A stretch of 43,959 nucleotides of DNA, from positions 1 through 43,959 of the forward strand of contig JAZKFH010000007.1 in the NCBI GenBank assembly GCA_040386535.1. Reading direction: 5' to 3'. Positions 35,365 to 43,736 of this stretch are shown here, in pieces. Within the stretch, counting starts at the first letter, position 1. Every line of letters begins with the position of its first letter. Position numbers and translations under genes: made by a program. Source of the stretch: Myxococcota bacterium (GTDB lineage Bacteria > Myxococcota_A > UBA796 > SXON01). The notes beneath the pieces were generated by a model. The model did not search any database, was not told the DNA's origin, and saw only the letters and a list, made by a program, of their open reading frames with translations.

Positions 35365-36624
35365 ATGCTCGTCTTCTGGCTGCTCGGGTGCACCGACCAG
35401 GGCTTCACTCTCCTTTTGCCCGGTCCGCGCGACTCGGAGCCCGACATCCAGGTGAACCCGGGCGCGGTGGTGTTCGATCCGCTCGCGGTCGGGTGCGACA
35501 ACCGGGCCCCGGTCACCATCACGAACGTGGGCGAGGGCCCGCTCGACGTGGAGGGGACGGGGATCGAGGTCGTGGACGAGACCTCGGGTGCCTTCTCGGT
35601 CGAGGTCCTCCGGGGCACGCTTCGCCCCGGTGACAGCGAGATCATCCAGCTCCAGTTCCAGCCCAGGCTCGTCGGAGACGCTGTCGCCGAGGTGGTCATC
35701 AACTCGGACGACCCCGACGAGCCGCGCCTCGTGCTGCCGATCGAGGGCGCGAGCTTCGATCCCACCTGGACCCTCGACGTGTTTCAGCAGGAGCCCGACA
35801 ACATCGACGTGTTGTGGGTCATCGACAACTCGGGCTCCATGTACCAGGAGCGCGATCGAGTGATGAGCGAAATCGAGACCTTCTTCCAGTGGTTCATCGA
35901 CCTCGATCTCGACTACCACATGGGCGTCGTCACCACCGACATCGTCAACCCGCTCTACATGGGCAACCTCGTCGGCACCCCCACCTTCGTCACGCCCGAC
36001 ACGCCCGATCCGCAGGGCACCCTCGCGCGCAACATCGACGTGGGCCATGTCGAGATGGGCGACGAGGCGGGGCTCGAGGCCGTACGGCTCGCGCTCACGG
36101 AGCCCGTGCTCTCGGGCCACAACGAGGGCTTCTACCGGGAGGACGCCCGGCTCGCCGTCATCTTCCTCTCGGACGAGCCCGACTTCTCCCCGTGGGAGGT
36201 GGCTACGTACGACGGGTTCCTGGAGGACCTGAAGGAGGAGCGGGACGACATCTTCGTCGCCGCAATCGTCGGGGATCGTGAGGATGGCTGCTCGAACCGG
36301 TGCGGTACCGAAGAGGCCAGCGCCGACGCGGGCGACCGGTACCTCGACCTCGCCGAGGCCTACGAGGGCTTCGAGGAGAGCATCTGCACGTGCGATCTCG
36401 CGCCCGCGATGGAGCGCATCGGGTTCGAGAGCACGTTCTACGTGCGCTCCTTCCTGTTGCGGGACACCCCCGGCATCCCGTCCATGATCAAGGTCTGGGT
36501 CGACGGCATCCTGGCGGCCGGGTGGAGCTACGACCCCGGCATGAACGCCGTCCTCTTCGACAGCGCCCCGCCGCTCGGGGCGGAGGTCATCGTGCGCTAC
36601 CCGGTGGACAACCCCTGCGAGTAG
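35365..36624 (+). CDS. Lipoprotein with Ig-like and vWA domains, paralog 2
   Basis: MLVFWLLGC; same motifs as paralog 1 (ITNVGEGPL, SDDPDEP, DVLWVIDNSGSM, SICTCDLAP). Confidence 0.88.
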   Translation: MLVFWLLGCTDQGFTLLLPGPRDSEPDIQVNPGAVVFDPLAVGCDNRAPVTITNVGEGPLDVEGTGIEVVDETSGAFSVEVLRGTLRPGDSEIIQLQFQPRLVGDAVAEVVINSDDPDEPRLVLPIEGASFDPTWTLDVFQQEPDNIDVLWVIDNSGSMYQERDRVMSEIETFFQWFIDLDLDYHMGVVTTDIVNPLYMGNLVGTPTFVTPDTPDPQGTLARNIDVGHVEMGDEAGLEAVRLALTEPVLSGHNEGFYREDARLAVIFLSDEPDFSPWEVATYDGFLEDLKEERDDIFVAAIVGDREDGCSNRCGTEEASADAGDRYLDLAEAYEGFEESICTCDLAPAMERIGFESTFYVRSFLLRDTPGIPSMIKVWVDGILAAGWSYDPGMNAVLFDSAPPLGAEVIVRYPVDNPCE

Positions 36625-36667
36625 CCTCGCGCCTGCTTCCGCGGCGGCCCTGGTCACGCGGAGCGGG

Positions 36668-37957
36668 TCAGCCGAGGGCGCTGGCGAGCCGCTCGAGCGC
36701 GGCGTGGAGCTGGGCCGGCGAGACCGCCCCCACGCTCATGCGGAACCAGCCGCTGTCGCCCGCGAGATCGAAGGCCTGGAACGGAACGACGGCGACGCCC
36801 GCGCGGTGCAGCAGGAAGCGCCGGATGTCCTCGTTGGTGGTCATCGGGGCGCCGTCGAGCCCGGCGCGGCCGAACAACATGTCGAAGCACACCGAGAGGT
36901 AGATCGCGCCCTGCGGGACGAGGTGCTGCACGCCGAGCTTGGTGAGCCCGTCGTCGAGGATGCCGAGGCGCTCGGCGAGGGCCGCGCGGAAAGAATCGCC
37001 GAAGCGGGCCATCGCCGCGTCGTCGTCGAGGAGGGCCGCGGTGCCGACCTGCTCGGGCTTGGGAGCCCAGGCGCCGACATGCCCGATGAAGGCCTTCATG
37101 CGCTCGGCGAGGAACGGCGGGAGCACGGCCCAGCCCACCCGGAGGCCGGTGGCGGCGAAGGCCTTGGAGATCGCGTCGACGGTGACGACGTAGGGCGTCA
37201 CCTCGGGGACGAGCGCGGCGGGGTGCGCGTGGGTGGCGCCGCCGAACGTGAGGCGCCAGTACACCTGGTCCCACATCCACATCAGGGGCTTCTCGCCGAG
37301 GGGCGCCCGGCGGGCGTTCTCCGCGACGATGGCGCGGGCGAGGGCGGCGAGCCGCTCGGGCGGGATGACCGTGCCCGTGGGGTTCAGCGGCGAGTTGAGC
37401 GTGAACAGGCGCGCGGTGCGGATGTGCGGCGCGAGCAGCTCGACGGTGGGGAAGAAGTCGTCCTCCGCGCGCGTGACGAGCGGGACCGCGTTCGCCTCGG
37501 TCAGCTGGCCGTAGTAGCCGTTGTTCCAGCTCGGAACCGCGAAGATCAGCGTGTCGCCGGGCTCGAGGAACAGGCGGTAGGTCGCGTACATGACGGGACG
37601 CGCGCCGCTCGCCACCACGACCCAGTCGGGCGAGACTTCGAGGCCGAGCTCGCGGCGGTACCAGCCGCACACGGCCTTGCGCAGCTCGGGGATGCCCTCG
37701 GACGGGGGGTAGTTCGTCTGGTAATTGTCCATGGCCGCGACCGTGGCGTCCCGCAGCTCCTGGGGCACCGGGAACTGCTTGGGGTCGAAGTCGCCGACGG
37801 TGAGGTTGCAGATGGGCAACCCGGACGCGGCGAGGGCCCGCACCTCGGCGGCGATGCCGAGGATGAGGGAGCCCTGCATCTCGCGGGCGACCTTGGTCAG
37901 GGCGCTGGCGCCGAAGGCGACCTCGTCGGAGGAGAGGTGGTGGCTCAGGTTGATCAT
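36668..37957 (-). CDS. PLP-dependent aminotransferase class I/II (aspartate aminotransferase-like)
   Basis: NLTVGD, YPPSEGIPELR, NSPLNPTG, DQVY, SKAFAATGLRVGW, WFRMS. Confidence 0.93.
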   Translation of the reverse strand: MINLSHHLSSDEVAFGASALTKVAREMQGSLILGIAAEVRALAASGLPICNLTVGDFDPKQFPVPQELRDATVAAMDNYQTNYPPSEGIPELRKAVCGWYRRELGLEVSPDWVVVASGARPVMYATYRLFLEPGDTLIFAVPSWNNGYYGQLTEANAVPLVTRAEDDFFPTVELLAPHIRTARLFTLNSPLNPTGTVIPPERLAALARAIVAENARRAPLGEKPLMWMWDQVYWRLTFGGATHAHPAALVPEVTPYVVTVDAISKAFAATGLRVGWAVLPPFLAERMKAFIGHVGAWAPKPEQVGTAALLDDDAAMARFGDSFRAALAERLGILDDGLTKLGVQHLVPQGAIYLSVCFDMLFGRAGLDGAPMTTNEDIRRFLLHRAGVAVVPFQAFDLAGDSGWFRMSVGAVSPAQLHAALERLASALG

Positions 37958-38053
37958 GGGCGCCCTGATAACCCCTCACCGCGACCACATCGTAGGGGGG
38001 CGGACGGTCGGCGATGAGAACCGCAGCAGGGGCCCCCGGCGGTCCCCCCCAAG

Positions 38054-38291
38054 GGGCCCCACCGCCGGACCCTGCCGCACATCGCCGACCCTCCGCCCCG
38101 CGTGCAGTTGTCGCGGGGCGGGGATCAGGAGGCCCTGGTCAACCCGGCCAACCTCTCCTCCATGGCCGGAGGGCCCCACCGCGGGACCCGGGCCGCACAC
38201 GGCCGGCCGCCCGGAGCCCGTCGTGGCGTTCGGTGTCGGCCCGCGGGGTGGCGGTCGGGCGCCCTGGTCAACCCGGCCAACCTCTCCTCCA
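38054..38291. repeat. Two imperfect ~110-120-bp intergenic direct repeats with a 31-bp identical core
   Basis: GCCCTGGTCAACCCGGCCAACCTCTCCTCCA at 38132-38162 and 38261-38291; GGGCCCCACCGC(C/G)GGACCC..GCCGCACA at 38054 and 38171. Confidence 0.85.
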
Positions 38292-38321
38292 ACCAGGGGA
38301 AAAGAAGAAGGAAGAATTGGC

Positions 38322-39518
38322 CTAAATCTCCACCCGCCACACCCGCTCTCGGCCGCCGATCCAGAGGGCGCCGGGGGTGGCGGTGAGGCTCCAGGGGCGT
38401 TCGAGGGGGAGGTCGAGGGGCTTGAGGGCGCCGGCGGTGAGGACGTGGAGGCGGCCTTCGGCGAGGGCCCAGAGGCGGCCTTCGGGGTCGACGGTGAGGG
38501 CGGTGGGCTCGGGGCCGGCGGCGGACCAGGAGGCGCCGTCGAAGCGGTGGAGGGTGCCGAGGGCCGCGGCCCACAAGGAGCCTTCGGCCCAGGCGAGGTG
38601 GCGGATGGGGCGCGGCTTTGCGTCGGCGAAGGTGCGGATGGGGCCGCCGCCGTCGATGACGTGGAGCTCGCCGTCGCGAGTTCCGGCGTACACGACGCCC
38701 GAGGGATCGGCCGCCAGCGCGAGGGTGTCGGGGGGGCCGACGCCGCCTTCGAAGCGGGTGCGGTAGCCGGCGTACAGGCGGTCGCCGGGGGAGAGGAGCA
38801 CGTTCAGGTCGTCGAAACCGTCTTCCTCGTCGGGGCCGTGCCGGCGGGAGGTCACCTTGGCGCCGAAGTCCCACACGTAGAGCGTCTGCGTGGTCGCGAC
38901 GTAGAGGTGGCCGTGGTTCACCGCCATCGACTCGACGCGGCGGGCCTCGCGGCGGGAGCCGAGGGGCCACGGGAAAGGCGTGAAGGTGCCGTTCTTCCAG
39001 AGGGTGAGGCCGTAGTCGGAGCCCAGCGCCACGCCGCCGCCGGGGAGCGCCAGGACGCAGCGTACGGTGGCGACGTCGGTGTCGCCGATCTCGGTGGTGG
39101 ACCACGAGGAGACGGCGCCGATGCGCGCGCTGCGTGGGGGCCGGAACTGCCAGCGGAGCCAGGTGCGGCGCGGATCGTCGACCGGCACGGCGCGGGCGCA
39201 GGGGCCCGGGGGGCGGCCCGCGAAGAGGCCCGCGAGGGCGGGATCGGGGGTGTCGTTGCCGAGGTCGGCGGCGAGCAGCACGGCGTCCGCCGCGTCGGCC
39301 GTGAGCGGGACGCCGGTGGTGCCCGCGACGGGCTCGCCGTCCACGAGGGCCGCGCGCACGTGGAAGGGGTCAGGGTTGCCGAGCCGGGCGGCGATCCGCG
39401 CCCGCGCGAGCCCGAGGGCGGTCTCGTCGAGCGCTTCGAGCACCCGATCGACCGGTCCGGAGGGGACCGCGAACCGCGTGGTCAGGCGCGTGGCGCCGAC
39501 CGCCACCTGTCCGTTCAC
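38322..39518 (-). CDS. Hypothetical protein with C-terminal beta-propeller-like repeats
   Basis: Blade-like motifs (LALAADPSGVVYAGT, LTVDPEGRLWAL, PGALWIGG); GTGA coupling to the upstream lipoprotein. Confidence 0.75.
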   Translation of the reverse strand: MNGQVAVGATRLTTRFAVPSGPVDRVLEALDETALGLARARIAARLGNPDPFHVRAALVDGEPVAGTTGVPLTADAADAVLLAADLGNDTPDPALAGLFAGRPPGPCARAVPVDDPRRTWLRWQFRPPRSARIGAVSSWSTTEIGDTDVATVRCVLALPGGGVALGSDYGLTLWKNGTFTPFPWPLGSRREARRVESMAVNHGHLYVATTQTLYVWDFGAKVTSRRHGPDEEDGFDDLNVLLSPGDRLYAGYRTRFEGGVGPPDTLALAADPSGVVYAGTRDGELHVIDGGGPIRTFADAKPRPIRHLAWAEGSLWAAALGTLHRFDGASWSAAGPEPTALTVDPEGRLWALAEGRLHVLTAGALKPLDLPLERPWSLTATPGALWIGGRERVWRVEI

Positions 39519-40012
39519 GCGCCGCCGCCCGAGTCCGCGGCGGTGTCGGTGTCCTCGGTGTCGGTGTCCTCGGTGTCGGTGTCCTCGGGGGGCACGTAGC
39601 CCTCGGGGTAGGCGTGCAGCGGGAGGATGAGCGCCGCGGCGTCGGGATCGCTCGTGCGCAGGCGGAGCTCGCCGTAGGAGGGCGCGTCCACGGTGAGGTC
39701 GGCGACCACCGAGTAGCTTTCGCTCTGCCCGGGAGCCATCTCGAGGTTCTCGAGCTCATTGAAGAAGAACACGTCGTCCGTGTCGGCCACGATGCGCATC
39801 TCGTAGATCTGCAGGTTCGCGTCGCCCACGCTCTCGACGGTGAACTGCGCGCTCTGGGAGAACCCGAGCACGATGTGCTCGATGACGAGTTCGGTGACGC
39901 TGAGCGTCATCCGCCCGGTGCCGTTCACGATGTCGTTGTCGTTGTTGCCGTTCGTGAGCCCCGTGTCCTGGGGGCCGCAGCCGACCAGGAACGTGAGCGC
40001 GAGGATGGACAT
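39515..40012 (-). CDS. Lipoprotein with a single Ig-like domain and (EDTDT)3 tail
   Basis: GGAGG + MSILALTFLVGC; VESVGDANL, PGQS, LRTSDPD; 15-bp tandem repeat at about 39541-39587. Confidence 0.82.
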   Translation of the reverse strand: MSILALTFLVGCGPQDTGLTNGNNDNDIVNGTGRMTLSVTELVIEHIVLGFSQSAQFTVESVGDANLQIYEMRIVADTDDVFFFNELENLEMAPGQSESYSVVADLTVDAPSYGELRLRTSDPDAAALILPLHAYPEGYVPPEDTDTEDTDTEDTDTAADSGGGA

Positions 40013-40035
40013 GCGGCCTCCAGCGGGATCGATCG

Positions 40036-40072
40036 GAGCAGTAGCGAGCGGAGCAGTATCGAGCCGAGCAGT
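40036..40072. promoter_or_regulatory. Three GAGCAGT direct repeats at 15-bp spacing in a divergent intergenic region
   Basis: GAGCAGT at 40036, 40051 and 40066; the third overlaps a minus-strand TACACT -10-like hexamer. Confidence 0.5.
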
Positions 40073-40096
40073 GTAGATGATCGCGGGAGCGTGCGC

Positions 40097-40585
40097 ATGC
40101 CGACCGGAGAGCCGGGCCGAGAACGCCTCCCCGCGTGGGTGCGGGTGCGGGTCGAGGTGCCCCGCGGCAGCTTCGTGAAGCGCGGCGGCGACGGAGTCGA
40201 ATTCGTCTCTCCGTTGCCCTGCCCCTTCAACTACGGCTCCGTGCCCGACACCCTCGCGCCGGACGGGGATCCGCTCGACGCCCTCGTCCTCGGGGCGCGC
40301 CTCGCCCTCGGCGCCGAAGTGGACGTGCCCGTGCACGCGGTGGTCCGCTTTCGCGACGACGGCGCCGTCGACGACAAGCTCGTTTGTGGCGCGCTCCCCA
40401 CCGACGCCCAGCTGCGCGCCGTGGCGCGGTTCTTCCGCGCCTACGCGGTGGCGCGGCGCTGGATGAACCGCGCCCGCGGCCGCCACGGCGACACCCGGTT
40501 CCTCGGCGTCGAGCGCCTCCCCGACGCCGGCTCGACCGGGCCGGGCGGCCCCGATGGCGCGCACATCCGCGCCCACAACAGGTAG
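40097..40585 (+). CDS. ppa: Family I inorganic pyrophosphatase-like protein, divergent
   Basis: VEVPRGS, PFNYG, DGDPLDALVL, DDGAVDDKL; GGAG upstream. Confidence 0.8.
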   Translation: MPTGEPGRERLPAWVRVRVEVPRGSFVKRGGDGVEFVSPLPCPFNYGSVPDTLAPDGDPLDALVLGARLALGAEVDVPVHAVVRFRDDGAVDDKLVCGALPTDAQLRAVARFFRAYAVARRWMNRARGRHGDTRFLGVERLPDAGSTGPGGPDGAHIRAHNR

Positions 40586-40610
40586 GATCGCGCGTTCCTC
40601 CAGGTCTCCC

Positions 40611-41198
40611 ATGCTCGCGCTCCTCCTCGCCCTCTTCGGCTGCACCGGGCCGTCGGCCGACGACACGACCGCGGACACCGGGATCCCGGGCACCGAAGAC
40701 AGCGACGACACCGACGACACCGACACCGATCCCAAGGTCGACACCGGGTTCGCGCTGGTCTACGCCGAGGGCGAGGCCGAGCTCTCCGCCGAGGCGTGGG
40801 CGGGCGAGGAGGCCTACGTCGCCACCTCGACGGACGGCGCCGTCGAACACTGCCGCATCGTCAACGTGGTGGAGGGCGGCCCCTCGGCGGAGCTCTGCCC
40901 CGGGTGCAGCTTCGCGTTCGACGTGGTGCTCGGCGCGGGCGCGGCGACCGGGGATGGCTGCGCGAACATGCGGCTCACCGCGGACATGTTCGAGGGCGAC
41001 GACTGGACCTACGCGTTCGCGCCCACCTACGCCTACGGCGGGAGCGGCTACACCTACGACGACGTGCTGCTCCTCGGCTACGAGTACGACGGCGCCTTCG
41101 TCTGGACCCCCTGGGCGTTCGCCGAGCTGCACGACCGGTCGACCAGCATCCTCTACGAGTCGATGTTCGCCGATCGGGCGTACTATTACGCCCGCTGA
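40611..41198 (+). CDS. Acidic lipoprotein of unknown function
   Basis: MLALLLALFGC lipobox, D/T-rich linker, CPGCSFAFDV motif. Confidence 0.8.
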   Translation: MLALLLALFGCTGPSADDTTADTGIPGTEDSDDTDDTDTDPKVDTGFALVYAEGEAELSAEAWAGEEAYVATSTDGAVEHCRIVNVVEGGPSAELCPGCSFAFDVVLGAGAATGDGCANMRLTADMFEGDDWTYAFAPTYAYGGSGYTYDDVLLLGYEYDGAFVWTPWAFAELHDRSTSILYESMFADRAYYYAR

Positions 41199-41277
41199 GG
41201 CGCCGTCGTCCGCGCCCGCGCCGCGAGACGCCGCGATGAAAGCGCGCGGCGCTCGCGACCCCGATACGAGGGCCGCG

Positions 41278-43047
41278 GTGTCCGACCGCCTCGCCGACCG
41301 CCTCCACACCCTGCTCCGCGCCCCCGCCACCTGGGTGGCGCTCGCGCTCGCCGTGCTCGTGGCGTGGGTGCACGCGCCGCTGTTCGCCAGCGGCGGCATC
41401 CTCGGGGCGCCCGGCACCGACGTCATCCGCGCCGCCTGGGGCCTCGACCACCAGGCACGCGCGCTCCCCGGCCTCCCCTTCTGGACCGATCGGGTGGGCT
41501 TCCCCGAGGGCGTGAAGATCATCGTGCTCCCGATGATCTCGAGCCTGCTCGGCGCGCCGCTCCACGCGCTCCTCGGCCCCATCACCGGCTACGACGCCTG
41601 GGTGCTCGCGCTGGTGTGGGCGTCCGGGTTCGCCACGGCCATGCTCGTGCGGACAGTGAGCGGCTCCGCGGCGGCCGGGCTCCTGGCGGGCGCTACGATC
41701 GTGGTCCAGCCGATGCTGCTGCTCGCGATCACCGACGGCACGCCCGAGTACGTCGCGCTCTGGCCGCTGCCGACGGCGCTGCTCGCCACGTGGGCGGCGG
41801 CGCGGCCGGGGATCGCGGGCCCGACCTCGCTCCGGATGCCCATCGCCGCGGGCCTCCTCTGGGGCGTCGTCGCGCTCGACAGCCCCTACCACGCCGTGTT
41901 CGGCCTCCCCTTCCTGCCGATCGTGGCGTGGGGCATGTCCCGTCGGAACCTGCTCGTGTTCGCCATCGCCGGTCTCGTCGGCGGCGCCTTGCTCGTGGCG
42001 GCGTACGTCGGGCTCCCGGTCGGCGATGTCGAGGACCAGCGCCGCGGCACCAACGCGGTGCAGGCGGCGGTCTGGTACCAATGGGAGACCGGCACCACCA
42101 ACAAGCCGTGGGACTACACCCTCGCGCCAGGCTTCGTGCCGCTCGCCACGGTGGCGGGCGCCCTCGCGCTCGCGATGCTCCGGCCCCTACGCGCGCTCCC
42201 CTGGGTGCTCGTCGCCGTGCTCTGCTTCGTGGTCGCGATGGGCGCGAGCGAGGAGAACGCCTCCTGGCTCGGCCGCACCTACGGCGCCACGGCGGGCAAG
42301 GTCGGAAATGCCGTCGCCGCCCTGAACGAGGCCCTGCCCGTGCCCGTGGTGCGCTTCCCCCGCCGCTGGCTCGTGCCGGGCGCCCTTGCGCTCGCGACGG
42401 CCGCGGGCATCGGCCTCTCCCGCCTGCCCCGCGGCTGGCCGCGCGTCGCGGTCGCGATCCCGTTGGCCGTCTCGGTCGTCGTCCACACCCTCGCGCTCAC
42501 GGGCTACCGCGCCGCCTTGCCCGTCTTCCCCGCCCCGACGGCCGCCTTCGCCGACTTCATCCTCACCCACGAGGCCGACGGCGCCGTGCTCGCGCTCCCC
42601 ACCATCCGCGGGTCGAGCACCATCGCGACCCGACGCGAAGACATCCCCATCTGGGCCGGGCTCGACCCCGCCATCCGCTCGGCCGACCAGCTCTGGATCC
42701 AGCTCGCCACCGGCCGCGCCACCGTCTACGTGCCCGAGGGCATGCGCACCATGGAGCGCCGCACGGCCCGCGAGCAGGAGACACAGAAGCTCCTCCGCGA
42801 CCTCGACGACCTCACCATCCCCCAGACGCAGGGGCGCCCCATCCCGCCGTCCGCCACGCAGGAGCCGCCGCGCCGCGCCGCCGCTGCCAGGCGTCTCGTG
42901 CAACGCGGCTTGAGCTTCGTCGCGATCGACGAGGTGCTCTACGGCCCCGAGGGCATCGCGCTCGCCCGCCTCGCCTTCACCGGCCACATCGTCGAGGACC
43001 GCCACTTCGACGACGGCACCGGCGTGACCGTTTGGGTGGTCGAGTAG
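41278..43047 (+). CDS. Polytopic membrane protein, GT-C/YfhO-like
   Basis: Many TM segments; GFPEG, SPYH, VRFPRRW, GAVLALP motifs. Start GTG 41278 or ATG 41236. Confidence 0.72.
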   Translation: MSDRLADRLHTLLRAPATWVALALAVLVAWVHAPLFASGGILGAPGTDVIRAAWGLDHQARALPGLPFWTDRVGFPEGVKIIVLPMISSLLGAPLHALLGPITGYDAWVLALVWASGFATAMLVRTVSGSAAAGLLAGATIVVQPMLLLAITDGTPEYVALWPLPTALLATWAAARPGIAGPTSLRMPIAAGLLWGVVALDSPYHAVFGLPFLPIVAWGMSRRNLLVFAIAGLVGGALLVAAYVGLPVGDVEDQRRGTNAVQAAVWYQWETGTTNKPWDYTLAPGFVPLATVAGALALAMLRPLRALPWVLVAVLCFVVAMGASEENASWLGRTYGATAGKVGNAVAALNEALPVPVVRFPRRWLVPGALALATAAGIGLSRLPRGWPRVAVAIPLAVSVVVHTLALTGYRAALPVFPAPTAAFADFILTHEADGAVLALPTIRGSSTIATRREDIPIWAGLDPAIRSADQLWIQLATGRATVYVPEGMRTMERRTAREQETQKLLRDLDDLTIPQTQGRPIPPSATQEPPRRAAAARRLVQRGLSFVAIDEVLYGPEGIALARLAFTGHIVEDRHFDDGTGVTVWVVE

Positions 43048-43060
43048 GGCGTCTGGGCGC

Positions 43061-43079
43061 GACCCCGGCGGCCGGGGTC
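43061..43079. terminator. GC hairpin after the membrane-protein gene (possible terminator)
   Basis: GACCCCGG-CGG-CCGGGGTC; no U-tract. Confidence 0.3.
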
Positions 43080-43226
43080 AGGCTCCTGCGGGCTCGGCCG
43101 TTGGCCTCGGTCGCCCCGCCCCGAGCGGCGGGGCGGACCGGCCGGCGCGGCGCCGTCCGCCCTCCGGATCCTTCGCGCGGGCGGGGGTGGCTTGCGACGA
43201 GCCGCGCGCTCCCTTACACGCCTCCC

Positions 43227-43721
43227 GTGTTCGTACCGACCCTCCTGATCCTCCTGTCGGGGTGCGCGCCCGAGCCCGTGGCGGCCTGCGTCCTCACCGA
43301 GGCAGACGCGACCGAGTCGTGCCCGGTCGCGACGTGCTCGATCGGATGCGCGAGCGTCGAGGAGGGGCTGCGGTGCTGCCGGCAGACGTACGGCTACGGC
43401 CTCGACGGGGACGCCCTCCCCGTGCTGGACGACACCTGCGAGGCCGGCCCCGCCTGCGATCCCAACCTCTACCTCACGCACGCGGCGGCGATGTGCGCGG
43501 CCCAGGTGCACGGGCTCCCCACGGGGGTCGAGCGCTGCGACGCGGGCTTCGAGCACGGCGCCAGCTCTGGATACACGTGGCGCGCGCTGTCGATCACCGC
43601 CGACGGATGTGTGGACGGGGGCGAGACCGCCGACAAGGACGGCGTCTGGCTGTCGATGGACGCCACCACCGGCCTCGGCGTGGACTACGGCGGGATGGTC
43701 CTTTCGGTGGTGTGTCTGTGA
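43227..43721 (+). CDS. Small Cys-rich lipoprotein
   Basis: GTG 43227 gives (M)FVPTLLILLSGC lipobox; about a dozen Cys in the mature part. Confidence 0.75.
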   Translation: MFVPTLLILLSGCAPEPVAACVLTEADATESCPVATCSIGCASVEEGLRCCRQTYGYGLDGDALPVLDDTCEAGPACDPNLYLTHAAAMCAAQVHGLPTGVERCDAGFEHGASSGYTWRALSITADGCVDGGETADKDGVWLSMDATTGLGVDYGGMVLSVVCL

Positions 43722-43736
43722 CGCTGCGCAGGACAC

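Noticed and set aside
38132..38291. Mini-CRISPR (31-bp repeat twice)
   Set aside because: Only two copies, 98-bp gap that is itself partly repeated, no cas genes.
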